Part shown: piece by piece, positions 30,144 through 40,497 of the stretch
Layout of the letters: each line of letters starts with the position of its first letter
How positions within the stretch are numbered: position 1 is the first letter of the stretch
From: Candidatus Puniceispirillaceae bacterium
GTDB taxonomy: Bacteria; Pseudomonadota; Alphaproteobacteria; Puniceispirillales; Puniceispirillaceae
DNA length: 64,000 nt
Direction of reading: 5' to 3'
Assembly: GCA_049890115.1 (NCBI GenBank)
Contig: JBMHCC010000002.1
Span: 4,789-68,788 of the forward strand
Notes under the pieces: generated by a model
The model's input: the letters and a program-made list of their open reading frames with translations, nothing else
What the model was told of the DNA's origin: nothing
Databases searched by the model: none
Position numbers and translations under genes: made by a program

Positions 30144-31592
30144 TTAGTCAGGCATCCCAGATGGCATACCAATATAGGCTGTTTTCACGCTGGTATAAAA
30201 CTCAACAGCGGCTCTGCCTTGTTCACGCACCCCATGCGAGGATGAACCGCGGCCCCCAAATGGCACATGATAATCTGTGCCAGCTGTTGGCAGATTGACC
30301 ATCACAACCCCTGTCTTAGCATTGCGGCGGAAATGGCTGGCTCTGGCATGTGAGCTTGTCATAATGCCAGCTGTTAGGCCAAATTCGGTATCATTTGCGA
30401 TGGTCAGAGCTTGTTCGTAACTATCTGCTTTTAGCAAAGCTGTCATGGGGCCAAACATCTCTTCCACATTGATTGTCGACTGGTTATCAAGACCTGCAAT
30501 GATAGCAGGTTCCATAAAGTGACCATTCGTTGGCCTGTCAAGCACCGCGCCACCCCATAGGATTTCACCGCCCTCTTTGCGCGCTATCTCAAGATAATTC
30601 TGATTAGATTGTAATTGCGATGCGCTGACCACTGGGCCTATCTGTGTGCCCTCTTCAAGCGCATGACCGACGATCATTTTTTGTGTGGCAGTCGTAAATT
30701 TCTCGACAAATTCTTCGTAAATTGGCGCATGGATTATCAGGCGTGATGACGCTGTGCATTTCTGTCCAGAGCCGCCAAAAGCACCGCCAACAGCACAAGC
30801 GATTGCCAAATCCATATCGCAATCATCCATTACCACTAATGGGTTTTTTGAACCCATTTCCATCTGTAATTTGGTCAGGTTAGGGGCAGCTGTGCAGGCA
30901 ATTTGCCTGCCAGTTTCAAGCGAGCCTGTAAAAGTAATGGCGTCGATATCTTTGTGACTAGCAATCGCATCACCAATTTCACTGCCAGACCCCATGACAA
31001 GGTTAAATAGACCAGCTGGCAGATTTTGTTTGGCGATAATTTCAGTTAATGCCACAGCAGATGCTGGCACTAAATTGGCTGGCTTCCAGATAACAGCATT
31101 ACCAAAGGCAAGGGCAGGGGCAATTTTCCAAACGGCTGTTGCTGTTGGGAAATTCCAAGGGGAAATGACAGCAACAACGCCTATCGGCTCGCGGCGCACA
31201 TCGATTTCAATATTGGGGCGAACAGAATCAGCGTTTTCACCAAGCTGGCGCAATGTTTCAGCAGCAAAATAGGTAAAAAATTGGCCAGCACGATAGACCT
31301 CACCCTTGCCTTCCGCCAAGGGTTTGCCTTCTTCGCGTGACAATAAATATCCCAACTCTTCTGAGCGTGCCATTAATTCTTCACCAATGGCCATCAGGGC
31401 TGAATAACGTTGCTCTATGCCAGTTGCAGCCCATTGTGCTTGCGCCTGTTTGGCAGCATCAATCGCATCTTCTAGGTCAGTCAGGCTAGCTTGTGCAAAA
31501 TCACCAATAATATCAGATATGTCTGACGGGTTATGATTGGCGATAGTGCTTGTACCATTGCGCCATGCGCCAGCAATATAATTCTGTGTCAT
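30144..31592 (-). CDS. NAD(P)-dependent aldehyde dehydrogenase (alpha-ketoglutaric-semialdehyde-dehydrogenase-like)
   Basis: ALDH motifs ISPWNFP, catalytic-Glu context LQMEMGSKNP and catalytic-Cys context GSGQKCTASSR. Start trimmed to ATG 31592 (GGGGGA RBS). Confidence 0.88.
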   Translation of the reverse strand: MTQNYIAGAWRNGTSTIANHNPSDISDIIGDFAQASLTDLEDAIDAAKQAQAQWAATGIEQRYSALMAIGEELMARSEELGYLLSREEGKPLAEGKGEVYRAGQFFTYFAAETLRQLGENADSVRPNIEIDVRREPIGVVAVISPWNFPTATAVWKIAPALAFGNAVIWKPANLVPASAVALTEIIAKQNLPAGLFNLVMGSGSEIGDAIASHKDIDAITFTGSLETGRQIACTAAPNLTKLQMEMGSKNPLVVMDDCDMDLAIACAVGGAFGGSGQKCTASSRLIIHAPIYEEFVEKFTTATQKMIVGHALEEGTQIGPVVSASQLQSNQNYLEIARKEGGEILWGGAVLDRPTNGHFMEPAIIAGLDNQSTINVEEMFGPMTALLKADSYEQALTIANDTEFGLTAGIMTSSHARASHFRRNAKTGVVMVNLPTAGTDYHVPFGGRGSSSHGVREQGRAAVEFYTSVKTAYIGMPSGMPD

Positions 31593-31759
31593 TTTATCCC
31601 CCATAGACAGCCATGATGGCACATCTGACCGAAACTGTCCTAATGCGTCAATCTCTTTTTATCAACAAAGCCGAAAGCAGGCTTGACTTCACATCAGCAA
31701 ATTCCGATATCTAGGCTTCCGGCACCTAGCAAAGTCAATGACAAGAACAGGACGTCTTT

Positions 31760-33070
31760 TTGGGAACTGATTATTTTGACCATAGTCAGATAGCACAACC
31801 AGCTATTGTCATTCAGCCGCTGGTGAAAAGCTGGCGATTGCCGCGCGAGGCAGATATCATGCTTGCGGAAGCCATTGGGCTTGCTGAGGCTATTAATTTA
31901 GAAGTGGTGCATTCTGATATTTTATCACTACAAGCCCCGCAAGCTGCCACTTTCTTGCGTGCTGGTCAGGTTGAAAACATCCATGATCATGCCGAAAATT
32001 ATGATGATATGCTTGTCATTGTAAATGCCTCTTTGACACCTGTGCAACAACGCAACCTAGAGACAAAGCTGCATTGTAAAGTCATTGATAGAACAGCTCT
32101 TATCCTTGAGATTTTTGGTGCTAGAGCCAGCACACATGCTGGCAGGCTGCAAGTGGAATTAGCAGCGATGATGTTTCAACGCTCGCGTCTTGTGCGTTCC
32201 TGGACACATCTAGAGCGTCAAAGAGGTGGCGGCGGCTTTCTGGGTGGACCAGGGGAGCGCCAAATTGAGCTCGATCGCCGTATGCTGATGGATAGGGTGG
32301 TGCGCATTAAAGCAGAATTAAAAGATGTGCAACGCACCCGCCATTTACAACGACGCAATCGCAGCCGCAGTGAAACGCCAACTATCGCGCTGGTTGGTTA
32401 TACCAATGCTGGCAAATCAACCTTATTTAACAGGCTAACAGGCGCAGATGTCCTATCAAAGGATATGCTATTTGCGACCCTTGATCCGACCATGCGTCAA
32501 ACAGAGCTGCCATCTGGCCAGACGATTGTGCTAGCAGATACGGTTGGGTTCATTAGCCAGCTGCCAACCGAACTTGTCGAGGCATTTAAATCCACCCTAG
32601 AAGAGGTCGTAGAGGCTGATATTTTACTTCATGTTCATGATGCCTCATCACCTGTTTTATTTGAAGAAGCATCAGATGTGCGTTCTGTATTGCATGATAT
32701 TGGCCTGCCAGAAAACAGGCTTGAAGATGATGTCATCCATGTCATGAATAAAAGTGATATCAGGGATGATGAGATGACAGATGCCATCACAAATGAATTT
32801 GCCAATGCACAATTCACATCTGCCGTAACAGGTGAGGGTCTTGATGATTTATTGCGTGTGATAGACCAGCATCTGGCATCAGATAGTGCGGTTATCACTG
32901 TTACTCTGCCACCACAAGCAGGCCAGGCAAGAGCCTGGCTTTATGAGCGTGGTGATATCCAAGATGATAGTTTTGATGAAACAGGCACCCAGCATATGGC
33001 GGTGCGTCTGCGCCGCTCAGATATTGCCCGTTTTGAAAGGCAATTTACCGATATTGCCTTTGTGCTTTAA
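31760..33070 (+). CDS. hflX: GTPase HflX
   Basis: HflX N-terminal domain (DRTALILEIFGARA, LQVELAAM) and G-domain GYTNAGKSTLFN, DTVGFI, NKSD. The TTG start is uncertain. Confidence 0.9.
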   Translation: MGTDYFDHSQIAQPAIVIQPLVKSWRLPREADIMLAEAIGLAEAINLEVVHSDILSLQAPQAATFLRAGQVENIHDHAENYDDMLVIVNASLTPVQQRNLETKLHCKVIDRTALILEIFGARASTHAGRLQVELAAMMFQRSRLVRSWTHLERQRGGGGFLGGPGERQIELDRRMLMDRVVRIKAELKDVQRTRHLQRRNRSRSETPTIALVGYTNAGKSTLFNRLTGADVLSKDMLFATLDPTMRQTELPSGQTIVLADTVGFISQLPTELVEAFKSTLEEVVEADILLHVHDASSPVLFEEASDVRSVLHDIGLPENRLEDDVIHVMNKSDIRDDEMTDAITNEFANAQFTSAVTGEGLDDLLRVIDQHLASDSAVITVTLPPQAGQARAWLYERGDIQDDSFDETGTQHMAVRLRRSDIARFERQFTDIAFVL

Positions 33071-33591
33071 TGCTTATGGGAATGGCCTGAATGATCATTA
33101 TGAGATGAATGATCATCATGCTTTGCTGATTTTTTACCGCTTAATGAGATGGTGTCAGCTTGCAAAGTGATTGTGCCTGCTGTTTCAAATTGAAAGGTGA
33201 TCTGATAAGAGCCACCTAATTTAATCGGCTCTTTTAGTCCCATAAACATCAGATGATTACCGCCCTTTTGCAATGTCGCCATGCCACCTGCTGGGATGAT
33301 AATGCCATCTGCTAGCGGGCGCATTTTCATCACATCGCCAACTAGTTTCATTTCATGAATTTCTGACTTTTTGGCAAAGTCAGCATTAATGCTAATTAAG
33401 CGCTCATCGCTATCACCATGATTATGGATGGTAACATAAGCTGCTGTCGCACCAGCTTGTGATGTGGTGGCTCTGATAACAAGATCTGTTATCTTTAGAT
33501 GCTGCTCACCAGCCTCTGCTAGTGTTATTTTGCTAAAACAAAGTAATAAAATACTGGCAAAAAATAGAGCTCTCATCAGGGTCTCTTTCAC
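33067..33591 (-). CDS. Periplasmic copper chaperone PCu(A)C (DUF461) with a His-rich C-terminal tail
   Basis: Signal peptide, H..M..M copper motif region (IHEMKLVGDVMKMRP) and tail HDDHSSHNDHSGHSHKH. Confidence 0.8.
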   Translation of the reverse strand: MKETLMRALFFASILLLCFSKITLAEAGEQHLKITDLVIRATTSQAGATAAYVTIHNHGDSDERLISINADFAKKSEIHEMKLVGDVMKMRPLADGIIIPAGGMATLQKGGNHLMFMGLKEPIKLGGSYQITFQFETAGTITLQADTISLSGKKSAKHDDHSSHNDHSGHSHKH

Positions 33592-33711
33592 GATAATTTG
33601 GCAAATTGTGACGGCATATTAGCGAAGAAGAAGGTGAAGATAAATGGAAAATCTGCTATCCTTGTGACATTTTATGGAATGAAATAGCGGCAATAATAAG
33701 GAACTGACCCA

Positions 33712-34557
33712 ATGGTGGATGGCTCAAAAAAGACGATTTTAATAACTGGCTGTTCATCTGGTATCGGCCTTGATAGTGCGCTGCGTCTGCAAAAAGAAGG
33801 CTGGCAGGTTTTTGCCACTTGCCGCAATCAAGATGATGTTCAGCGCCTATCAGAAGATTATGGGCTGACTAGTTTGCGCCTTGATTATGAAGATGCCACT
33901 AGCATTGATGAGGCAGTATCTGCGATTTTAGAGCAAACAGGCGGGCGGCTGGATGCGCTATTTAATAATGGTGCCTATGCGGTGCCAGCTGCGGTTGAAG
34001 ATTTACCAGTGGCAGCATTGCGGGCCAATTTTGAAGCGAATTTTTTTGGCTGGCATCATCTAACTTGCCAGATAATCCCAGTGATGCGGGCACAAGGGTC
34101 AGGTCGTATCATCCAAAATTCATCTGTATTAGGGTTTGCCGCATTACGGTATCGCGGCTCTTATAATGCGACGAAATTTGCTTTAGAAGGGCTGACAGAT
34201 ACGATGCGCCTTGAGCTTTATGGCTCTGGCATTGATGTGGTGTTAATAGAGCCTGGCCCTATTCGCACCATGATAAGAGAGAAATCATATCCCCAATTTT
34301 TAAAATGGATAACGGTAAAAGGCAGTGCTCATGAAGGGCTTTATCGCAAAGCGCTTATCCCACGCTTGACAGCTATTAATCCGCCGCCAGATAGATTTGA
34401 ATTAGGCCCAGAGGCTGTTACAGACGCTGTTTTACATGCGCTGAATGCCAAAAAGCCAATGATACGATATCGCATCACAACTGCCACCACATTGATGATG
34501 CTAGCAAAAAGGCTTTTTTCATCTCCTATGATGGACAGATTATCTAGGCGCATTTAA
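33712..34557 (+). CDS. Short-chain dehydrogenase/reductase (classical SDR)
   Basis: TGCSSGIG cofactor motif, NNGA, and catalytic YxxxK (YNATK). Confidence 0.85.
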   Translation: MVDGSKKTILITGCSSGIGLDSALRLQKEGWQVFATCRNQDDVQRLSEDYGLTSLRLDYEDATSIDEAVSAILEQTGGRLDALFNNGAYAVPAAVEDLPVAALRANFEANFFGWHHLTCQIIPVMRAQGSGRIIQNSSVLGFAALRYRGSYNATKFALEGLTDTMRLELYGSGIDVVLIEPGPIRTMIREKSYPQFLKWITVKGSAHEGLYRKALIPRLTAINPPPDRFELGPEAVTDAVLHALNAKKPMIRYRITTATTLMMLAKRLFSSPMMDRLSRRI

Positions 34558-34606
34558 GGTTAACCATATATGTGTCATTGCTATCGTGAATAAAGGATGA
34601 TCCCAC

Positions 34607-35623
34607 ATGATCTTTCGGCAATTATTTGAACCCATCTCATCAACCTATACCTATCTGATTGCAAGCCGCCATGGCGGTGAAGCCTTGCTGATAGATCCTG
34701 TATTTGAAAAAACAGAGCGCTATCTTCAGCTATTAGAAGAATTAGATTTAAAATTGGTTAAAGTCATTGATACCCATGTTCACGCTGATCATATCACGGC
34801 AATGGGTGCGCTGCGTGATCATACAAATTGCGTCACAGTTATGGGTGAGCAAAGTCCTGTTGATGTGGTCTCTATGCGCGTGACAGATGGCGAGCGTGTG
34901 ACGATTGAAGGGATTAATTTAACAGCCCTCTATACCCCTGGTCATACAGATGACAGCTATTGTTTCCAGATGAATGATCGGATTTTCACAGGTGATACAT
35001 TGCTGATACGCGGCACTGGCCGCACTGATTTTCAAAATGGTGATGCAGGTGCGCAATATGATTCCCTTTTTGGCAGATTGCTGAAGATGCCAGAGCAGAC
35101 ATTGATATATCCTGCCCATGATTACAAAGGTGATACAGTGTCAACCATTGCTGAGGAAAAGGCCTATAATCCGCGCCTTCAGGTATCATCAAAACAAGCT
35201 TATATAGAGCTGATGAATAATCTGAATTTGCCAAATCCAAAGATGATGGATGTGGCTGTTCCTGAAAATATCAAAATGGGTATCGCACTTGATCAACAAC
35301 GCTCTGTGAATTCTATAACAGCAAGTGAGCTGGCAACATTATCAGATGATGATTATGTGCTTGTTGATTTACGTGAAGATAGCGAGCGGGTTCGTCATGG
35401 GACGATACACAATGCGATACACGCCCCCTATAGCCAATTTGACCGACAAATTGCCAGCCTGTCAGTCTTTGGCAATAAGATGGTGATTTTCTATTGTGCT
35501 GCTGGTGAACGTTCAACTATGGCAGTTCGCATAGCTGCTGAAAAGGGGCTAGAGAATGCGGCTCATTTGCCAGGTGGTTTTACCGCATGGAAACAGTCTG
35601 GCCAGCCTATATCAGCTTGCTAA
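34607..35623 (+). CDS. Persulfide dioxygenase-like metallo-beta-lactamase-fold (MBL-fold) protein fused to a C-terminal rhodanese domain
   Basis: ETHE1/glyoxalase-II-like HVHADH motif and TPGHTDDS in the N-terminal half. Rhodanese active-site loop YCAAGERS in the C-terminal ~100 aa. Confidence 0.82.
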   Translation: MIFRQLFEPISSTYTYLIASRHGGEALLIDPVFEKTERYLQLLEELDLKLVKVIDTHVHADHITAMGALRDHTNCVTVMGEQSPVDVVSMRVTDGERVTIEGINLTALYTPGHTDDSYCFQMNDRIFTGDTLLIRGTGRTDFQNGDAGAQYDSLFGRLLKMPEQTLIYPAHDYKGDTVSTIAEEKAYNPRLQVSSKQAYIELMNNLNLPNPKMMDVAVPENIKMGIALDQQRSVNSITASELATLSDDDYVLVDLREDSERVRHGTIHNAIHAPYSQFDRQIASLSVFGNKMVIFYCAAGERSTMAVRIAAEKGLENAAHLPGGFTAWKQSGQPISAC

Positions 35624-36765
35624 AATGGGCTGTGGCGCAGGATATCCCTTGTGACATTATGAATGTCACGGTGACCACAAAGTGCCATAGTCATATCAAG
35701 TTCTTTATGAATGATCTCTAGCGTTTTACGAACACCAGCTTTGCCTTGTGCGCCAAGGCCATATAAAAAGGCGCGCCCAATGAGCGTTCCTTTTGCACCA
35801 AGTGCAACGGCTTTTAACACATCTTGACCTGAGCGGATACCGCCATCCATCCAGATTTCAATATCATCACCAACAGCAGCCACAATTTCAGGCAATATAG
35901 CGATTGAGCTATCAGCACCATCTAGCTGGCGTCCGCCATGATTTGATACAATCAAGGCATCAGCGCCTGAAGCTGCTGCCATTTTCGCATCTTCAGCATC
36001 TAGAATGCCTTTGATAATCAGCTTGCCGCCCCACATATCTTTAATGCGTTTAACCGCATCCCAATCAAGGCGCAAATCAAATTGCTCACTGACCCAGCTT
36101 GACAGAGATGACATATCAGACACACCTGTGGCATGACCTTGAATATTGCCAAAATAGCGGCGCTTTGTGCCAAGCATACCAAGACACCAGCTTGGCTTTG
36201 TTGCCATATTCGCAATGTTTTTCAATGTTAATTTTGGCGGTGTTGTCAGCCCATTTTTCACATCTTTGTGACGCTGGCCTAAAATCTGTAGATCAAGTGT
36301 GAGCATCAAAGCCGAACAGCCAGCTGCCTTGGCACGTTCAATCAGGCGTCTAGAGAAATCAAGATCACGCATCACATAAAGCTGAAACCAAAACGGCTCA
36401 GGACTATTATCTGCCACATCTTCAATAGAGCAAATTGACATGGTTGATAGCGTAAATGGCACGCCAAATTCGCCAGCAGCTTGAGCTGCTAATATTTCAC
36501 CATTCGCATGTTGCATGCCTGTTAAGCCTGTTGGTGCTAATGCAACTGGCATAAAGGCATCTTGGCCAATCATCTTGGTAGCTGTTGTACGATTTGACAT
36601 ATCAACGGCGACACGTTGGCGTAACATTATCCGGTCAAAATCACTTTCATTTTTGCGATAGGTCTGTTCTGTCCATGCCCCTGAATCTGCATAGTCATAA
36701 AACATCTTTGGCACGCGCTTTCGTGCGAGATTTTGCAAATCATCAATCGTGGTAATGACACTCAT
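35620..36765 (-). CDS. lldD: FMN-dependent alpha-hydroxy-acid dehydrogenase (L-lactate dehydrogenase-like)
   Basis: 381 aa. Motifs SNHGGRQLD and GIRSGQDVLKA are typical of the LldD/glycolate oxidase family. Confidence 0.88.
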   Translation of the reverse strand: MSVITTIDDLQNLARKRVPKMFYDYADSGAWTEQTYRKNESDFDRIMLRQRVAVDMSNRTTATKMIGQDAFMPVALAPTGLTGMQHANGEILAAQAAGEFGVPFTLSTMSICSIEDVADNSPEPFWFQLYVMRDLDFSRRLIERAKAAGCSALMLTLDLQILGQRHKDVKNGLTTPPKLTLKNIANMATKPSWCLGMLGTKRRYFGNIQGHATGVSDMSSLSSWVSEQFDLRLDWDAVKRIKDMWGGKLIIKGILDAEDAKMAAASGADALIVSNHGGRQLDGADSSIAILPEIVAAVGDDIEIWMDGGIRSGQDVLKAVALGAKGTLIGRAFLYGLGAQGKAGVRKTLEIIHKELDMTMALCGHRDIHNVTRDILRHSPF

Positions 36766-36952
36766 TATTAACCCTCAATTTCAATCAAGCCATGCTAGCT
36801 AAGCTCACATTAACTAAGCATAGATTTAGCCCTTTTTATGCCAGATTGCCAGCTATGGGTTGTGGCTTTTTTTATCAAGAGGAAAGGGGGTGGCCGAAAA
36901 TTGACACCAGGGCTGTAATTATGCTAGGTCAAGCGAGGGAAATCGGGGAATT

Positions 36953-37120
36953 ATGATGTTTGTTATTACAGAACTAAACAAGCAAACTGGTGAGACTAAA
37001 ACCGTCGCACGGTTTGATAATGAAGATGATGCGCATAATTTCTGGCGCCAAATTGCATTTGAAAATATTGACCATGCCCATTTATGGCATCGCTTAGAAC
37101 GTGATGAAGACGCTGCCTAA
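36953..37120 (+). CDS. Hypothetical small acidic protein (55 aa), not in the supplied ORF track
   Basis: Translates as MMFVITELNKQTGETKTVARFDNEDDAHNFWRQIAFENIDHAHLWHRLERDEDAA. It is preceded by a GAGGGA/GGGGAA purine tract and occupies an otherwise empty 507-bp gap. No family recognised. Confidence 0.3.
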   Translation: MMFVITELNKQTGETKTVARFDNEDDAHNFWRQIAFENIDHAHLWHRLERDEDAA

Positions 37121-37272
37121 TAGGCAGATCTTGCCAGAAGTTATCAGCGCCTACCATTAGCACTAGCTTTGATGTTTTGCGCCTTTACTAGCTTTACAAA
37201 ATAGGCTGAAATCTTCCATGATTGGATAGGATTTTGGAACCAATGAGACTTGTGTAAAGATAGAAGGCTAGA

Positions 37273-38628
37273 ATGGCATCCACTGATTTAAAATCACAGC
37301 TATCAGATGATCTCTTTTTATCAGGGGGTGATGTGCATGAGGCTTATGCCAAGGATTGGTCTGAATCCATTCCCCATTTGCCAGAAGTGGTATTACGGCC
37401 GCGCACAATAGATGACCTTGTTATGATGATGCGCCTTGCCAATGAAACTGGTCAGCCATTGGTAACGCAAGGCGGCAGAACAGGTCTGGCAGGTGGTGCA
37501 ACACCTCGTCAGGGGGAATATGCGCTTTCAACAGAACGCTTTACATCAATTTTAGATATTGATCCCATCGGCCGAACCATCACAGTCGAAGCAGGGGTGA
37601 CTTTACAGCAAATTCAAGAAGCAGCAGCCGAGCATGGCTTGCAATTTCCGCTTGATTTAGGGGCACGAGGCACTGCGACAGCAGGCGGTATCTCAGCAAC
37701 TAATGCTGGCGGTAATCAGGTGATACGCTATGGCATGACACGCCAGCTTATTCTTGGCCTCAGCGCTGTTATGGCTGATGGCACAGTGATGGCACAGGAT
37801 AATAAGCTGATTAAAAATAATGCTGGCTTTGATTTAAAACAGTTATTAATTGGCACAGAAGGCACATTAGGTGTCATTACCTCTGTGACTTTCCGTCTAT
37901 TTCCCAAACAAGATATTACCAAAACAGCGATTTGCGCAGCACGCAATTTTGACGCTGTCACAGATTTGCTGGCATTAGCCGATAAAAAGCTAAATGGGCT
38001 TTCGTCATTTGAAGTATTATGGCGTGATTATATGGATGAGATTGTTCATATTGTTGGCAAGCCTGAATTATTTGCGCAAAGCTATCCTTATTATGTTTTG
38101 ATAGAGGCAGAAACAGCAGAGGATACTGGCCTGTTTGAGCAGGTCATGATGGGCGCTGTTGAAGATGCTATTATCCAAGATGCCTTGCTAGCAGTGAATG
38201 AAAGCCAGCGTGCCAGTTTTTGGTCATATCGTGATGCGATTGCTGAGCTGATCTCAGATATGCAGCCAGCCATCAATTTTGATATTGGCATACCCATTAC
38301 AAAAATGCGTGATTTCACTGATGAAATTGGTGCCGAATTACGCCAGGATTTTGCTGGTATCAGGCTGGTGATTTTTGGTCATATTGGTGATGGAAACCTG
38401 CATATGTCAGCGACCACAGGAAGCCAGTCGGATTGTGTTCTTATCGAAGAAAAAGTCTTTGAAAAAGCGACACAGATTGGCGGTACTATCACAGCTGAAC
38501 ATGGCATTGGTGTATTGAAAAAAGACTGGTTGCAAGAGTGCCGTTCTGGCGATGAAATCATGCTGATGCGGCGCTTGAAACAAATGCTTGACCCCAATAA
38601 TATTTTGAACCCTGGCAGAGTGATTTAA
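37273..38628 (+). CDS. FAD-linked oxidase (GlcD / D-lactate / D-2-hydroxyacid dehydrogenase family)
   Basis: 451 aa. PCMH-type FAD-binding domain (VTQGGRTGLAGGA) and C-terminal GGTITAEHGIG motif. Confidence 0.85.
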   Translation: MASTDLKSQLSDDLFLSGGDVHEAYAKDWSESIPHLPEVVLRPRTIDDLVMMMRLANETGQPLVTQGGRTGLAGGATPRQGEYALSTERFTSILDIDPIGRTITVEAGVTLQQIQEAAAEHGLQFPLDLGARGTATAGGISATNAGGNQVIRYGMTRQLILGLSAVMADGTVMAQDNKLIKNNAGFDLKQLLIGTEGTLGVITSVTFRLFPKQDITKTAICAARNFDAVTDLLALADKKLNGLSSFEVLWRDYMDEIVHIVGKPELFAQSYPYYVLIEAETAEDTGLFEQVMMGAVEDAIIQDALLAVNESQRASFWSYRDAIAELISDMQPAINFDIGIPITKMRDFTDEIGAELRQDFAGIRLVIFGHIGDGNLHMSATTGSQSDCVLIEEKVFEKATQIGGTITAEHGIGVLKKDWLQECRSGDEIMLMRRLKQMLDPNNILNPGRVI

Positions 38629-38824
38629 GGGCTTGGGTTAAGGTGTCTTGCTTTGGGTCAGGCCGCCTATCTGGCTAGTCGTCTTTTCTGCCCATATTGT
38701 TATGGCAACAACCATAAGCGGTGCTTTTAAGAAAAAATTTGCTGGTAAAAGCATTCATAGTATCCTGTTCTCATAGACGTAAATAGCCATGATAAGATGG
38801 TAAGGGGTTAAGGCATTTTTGAAC

Positions 38825-40495
38825 ATGTCACAGTCAGATAAAATAAAACATGATTATATCATTATCGGGTCAGGTTCTGCTGGTTCGACAATCGCCTATC
38901 GGCTTGGCGCAGAGCCGCAAGCGCAGATTCTGGTTCTGGAATTTGGCAAATCAGATGCTGGTCCCTTCATTCAAATGCCTGCTGCCTTATCCTATCCGAT
39001 GAATATGAAACGCTATGATTGGGGCTATCAGGCAGAAGCAGAAGATAGTCTTGATGGCAGGTCGTTAGTTTGCCCAAGAGGTAAGGTGATTGGCGGCTCT
39101 TCATCCATTAATGGTATGATTTATGTCAGAGGTAATGCTGGTGATTATGATTATTGGCAGGAATCAGGTGCTGATGGCTGGTCTTATGCTGATATCTTGC
39201 CCTATTTCAGACGTATGGAAACATCACATGGCGGTGAGGCACCTTGGCGCGGGACAGATGGCCCATTGCATATCACAAGGGGCCCGCGTGATAACCCACT
39301 TCATGATGCGTTTGTGAAGGCGTCTGAACAAGCAGGCTATAGCGCGACAGATGATTATAATGGTTATCGCCAAGAGGGAATGGGACCAGCTGATATGACT
39401 GTCTATAAGGGGCGTCGTTGGTCATCTGCCAATGCGTATTTGCGCCCTGCTATGGCGCGCGGCAATGTTGAGTTACGCAGCTCTGTTCTTGTTGATTGTT
39501 TGTTGTTTGATGGTAAGCGCTGTATTGGTGTGCGCTATCGCAAAGCTGGCAAAGTGATAGATGTATTTGCCAGAAAAGCTGTTATCTTATCAGCTGGGGC
39601 GATTGGCAGCCCGGCCATTCTGCAACGCTCTGGTATTGGTCCTGCTAAAATTCTAAAACAGGCTGGTATTGCGGTGCGTGCTGACAGGCCAGGTGTTGGC
39701 GCTAATCTGCAAGATCATCTAGAGGTATATTTTCAAATAGCCTGCAAGAAACCCATTACGCTTTATAAGCATCTTAATCTGTTCTCAAAAGCGATGATCG
39801 GTGCACAATGGCTATTTTTCAAAAAGGGTCTTGGCGCATCGAACCAATTTGAATCTCTTGGCTTTATTCGTTCTGATAAAGCTGTGCGTTATCCAGATAT
39901 TCAATATCATTTCCTGCCAGTTGCTATTCGCTATGATGGCAAAGCACCTGCTGAAGGTCACGGCTTTCAGCTGCATGTCGGGCCAATGCGATCACAATCA
40001 AGAGGTCATGTCCATATCAGGGATGATAATCCTGAAACAGCACCTGAAATCCGCTTTAATTATCTATCACATAAAGATGATTTGCCAGATTTCAGAAAGG
40101 CTTTGCGCCTGACCAGAGAGGTTTTGGCACAGCCAGCTTTTGATGAGTATCGTGGTCATGAAATACAGCCAGGTGATGATGCGACTTCTGATGAGGCACT
40201 TGATGCTTTTATCCGCCAGCATGCTGAATCAGCCTATCACCCTTGCGGCACGTGCAAGATGGGGGCGATTGATGATCCGATGGCTGTTGTCGCACCTGAT
40301 ACATCTGTGATTGGTTTTGATAATCTATTTTGTGCTGATTCATCACTTTTTCCGCGCATCACCAATGGCAATTTAAATGCACCATCCATTATGACAGGCG
40401 AAAAAGCATCTGATCACATAATGGGGCGTGCGCCATTGGCAAAAGCCAATGATATTCCTTTTGCCCATCCTCATTGGCAAACACAGCAGAGATAA
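38825..40495 (+). CDS. betA: GMC-family oxidoreductase, choline dehydrogenase-like
   Basis: [37 protein letters not shown] and C-terminal HPCGTCKMG motifs collinear with BetA. Start at ATG 38825. Confidence 0.85.
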   Translation: MSQSDKIKHDYIIIGSGSAGSTIAYRLGAEPQAQILVLEFGKSDAGPFIQMPAALSYPMNMKRYDWGYQAEAEDSLDGRSLVCPRGKVIGGSSSINGMIYVRGNAGDYDYWQESGADGWSYADILPYFRRMETSHGGEAPWRGTDGPLHITRGPRDNPLHDAFVKASEQAGYSATDDYNGYRQEGMGPADMTVYKGRRWSSANAYLRPAMARGNVELRSSVLVDCLLFDGKRCIGVRYRKAGKVIDVFARKAVILSAGAIGSPAILQRSGIGPAKILKQAGIAVRADRPGVGANLQDHLEVYFQIACKKPITLYKHLNLFSKAMIGAQWLFFKKGLGASNQFESLGFIRSDKAVRYPDIQYHFLPVAIRYDGKAPAEGHGFQLHVGPMRSQSRGHVHIRDDNPETAPEIRFNYLSHKDDLPDFRKALRLTREVLAQPAFDEYRGHEIQPGDDATSDEALDAFIRQHAESAYHPCGTCKMGAIDDPMAVVAPDTSVIGFDNLFCADSSLFPRITNGNLNAPSIMTGEKASDHIMGRAPLAKANDIPFAHPHWQTQQR

Positions 40496-40497
40496 AA

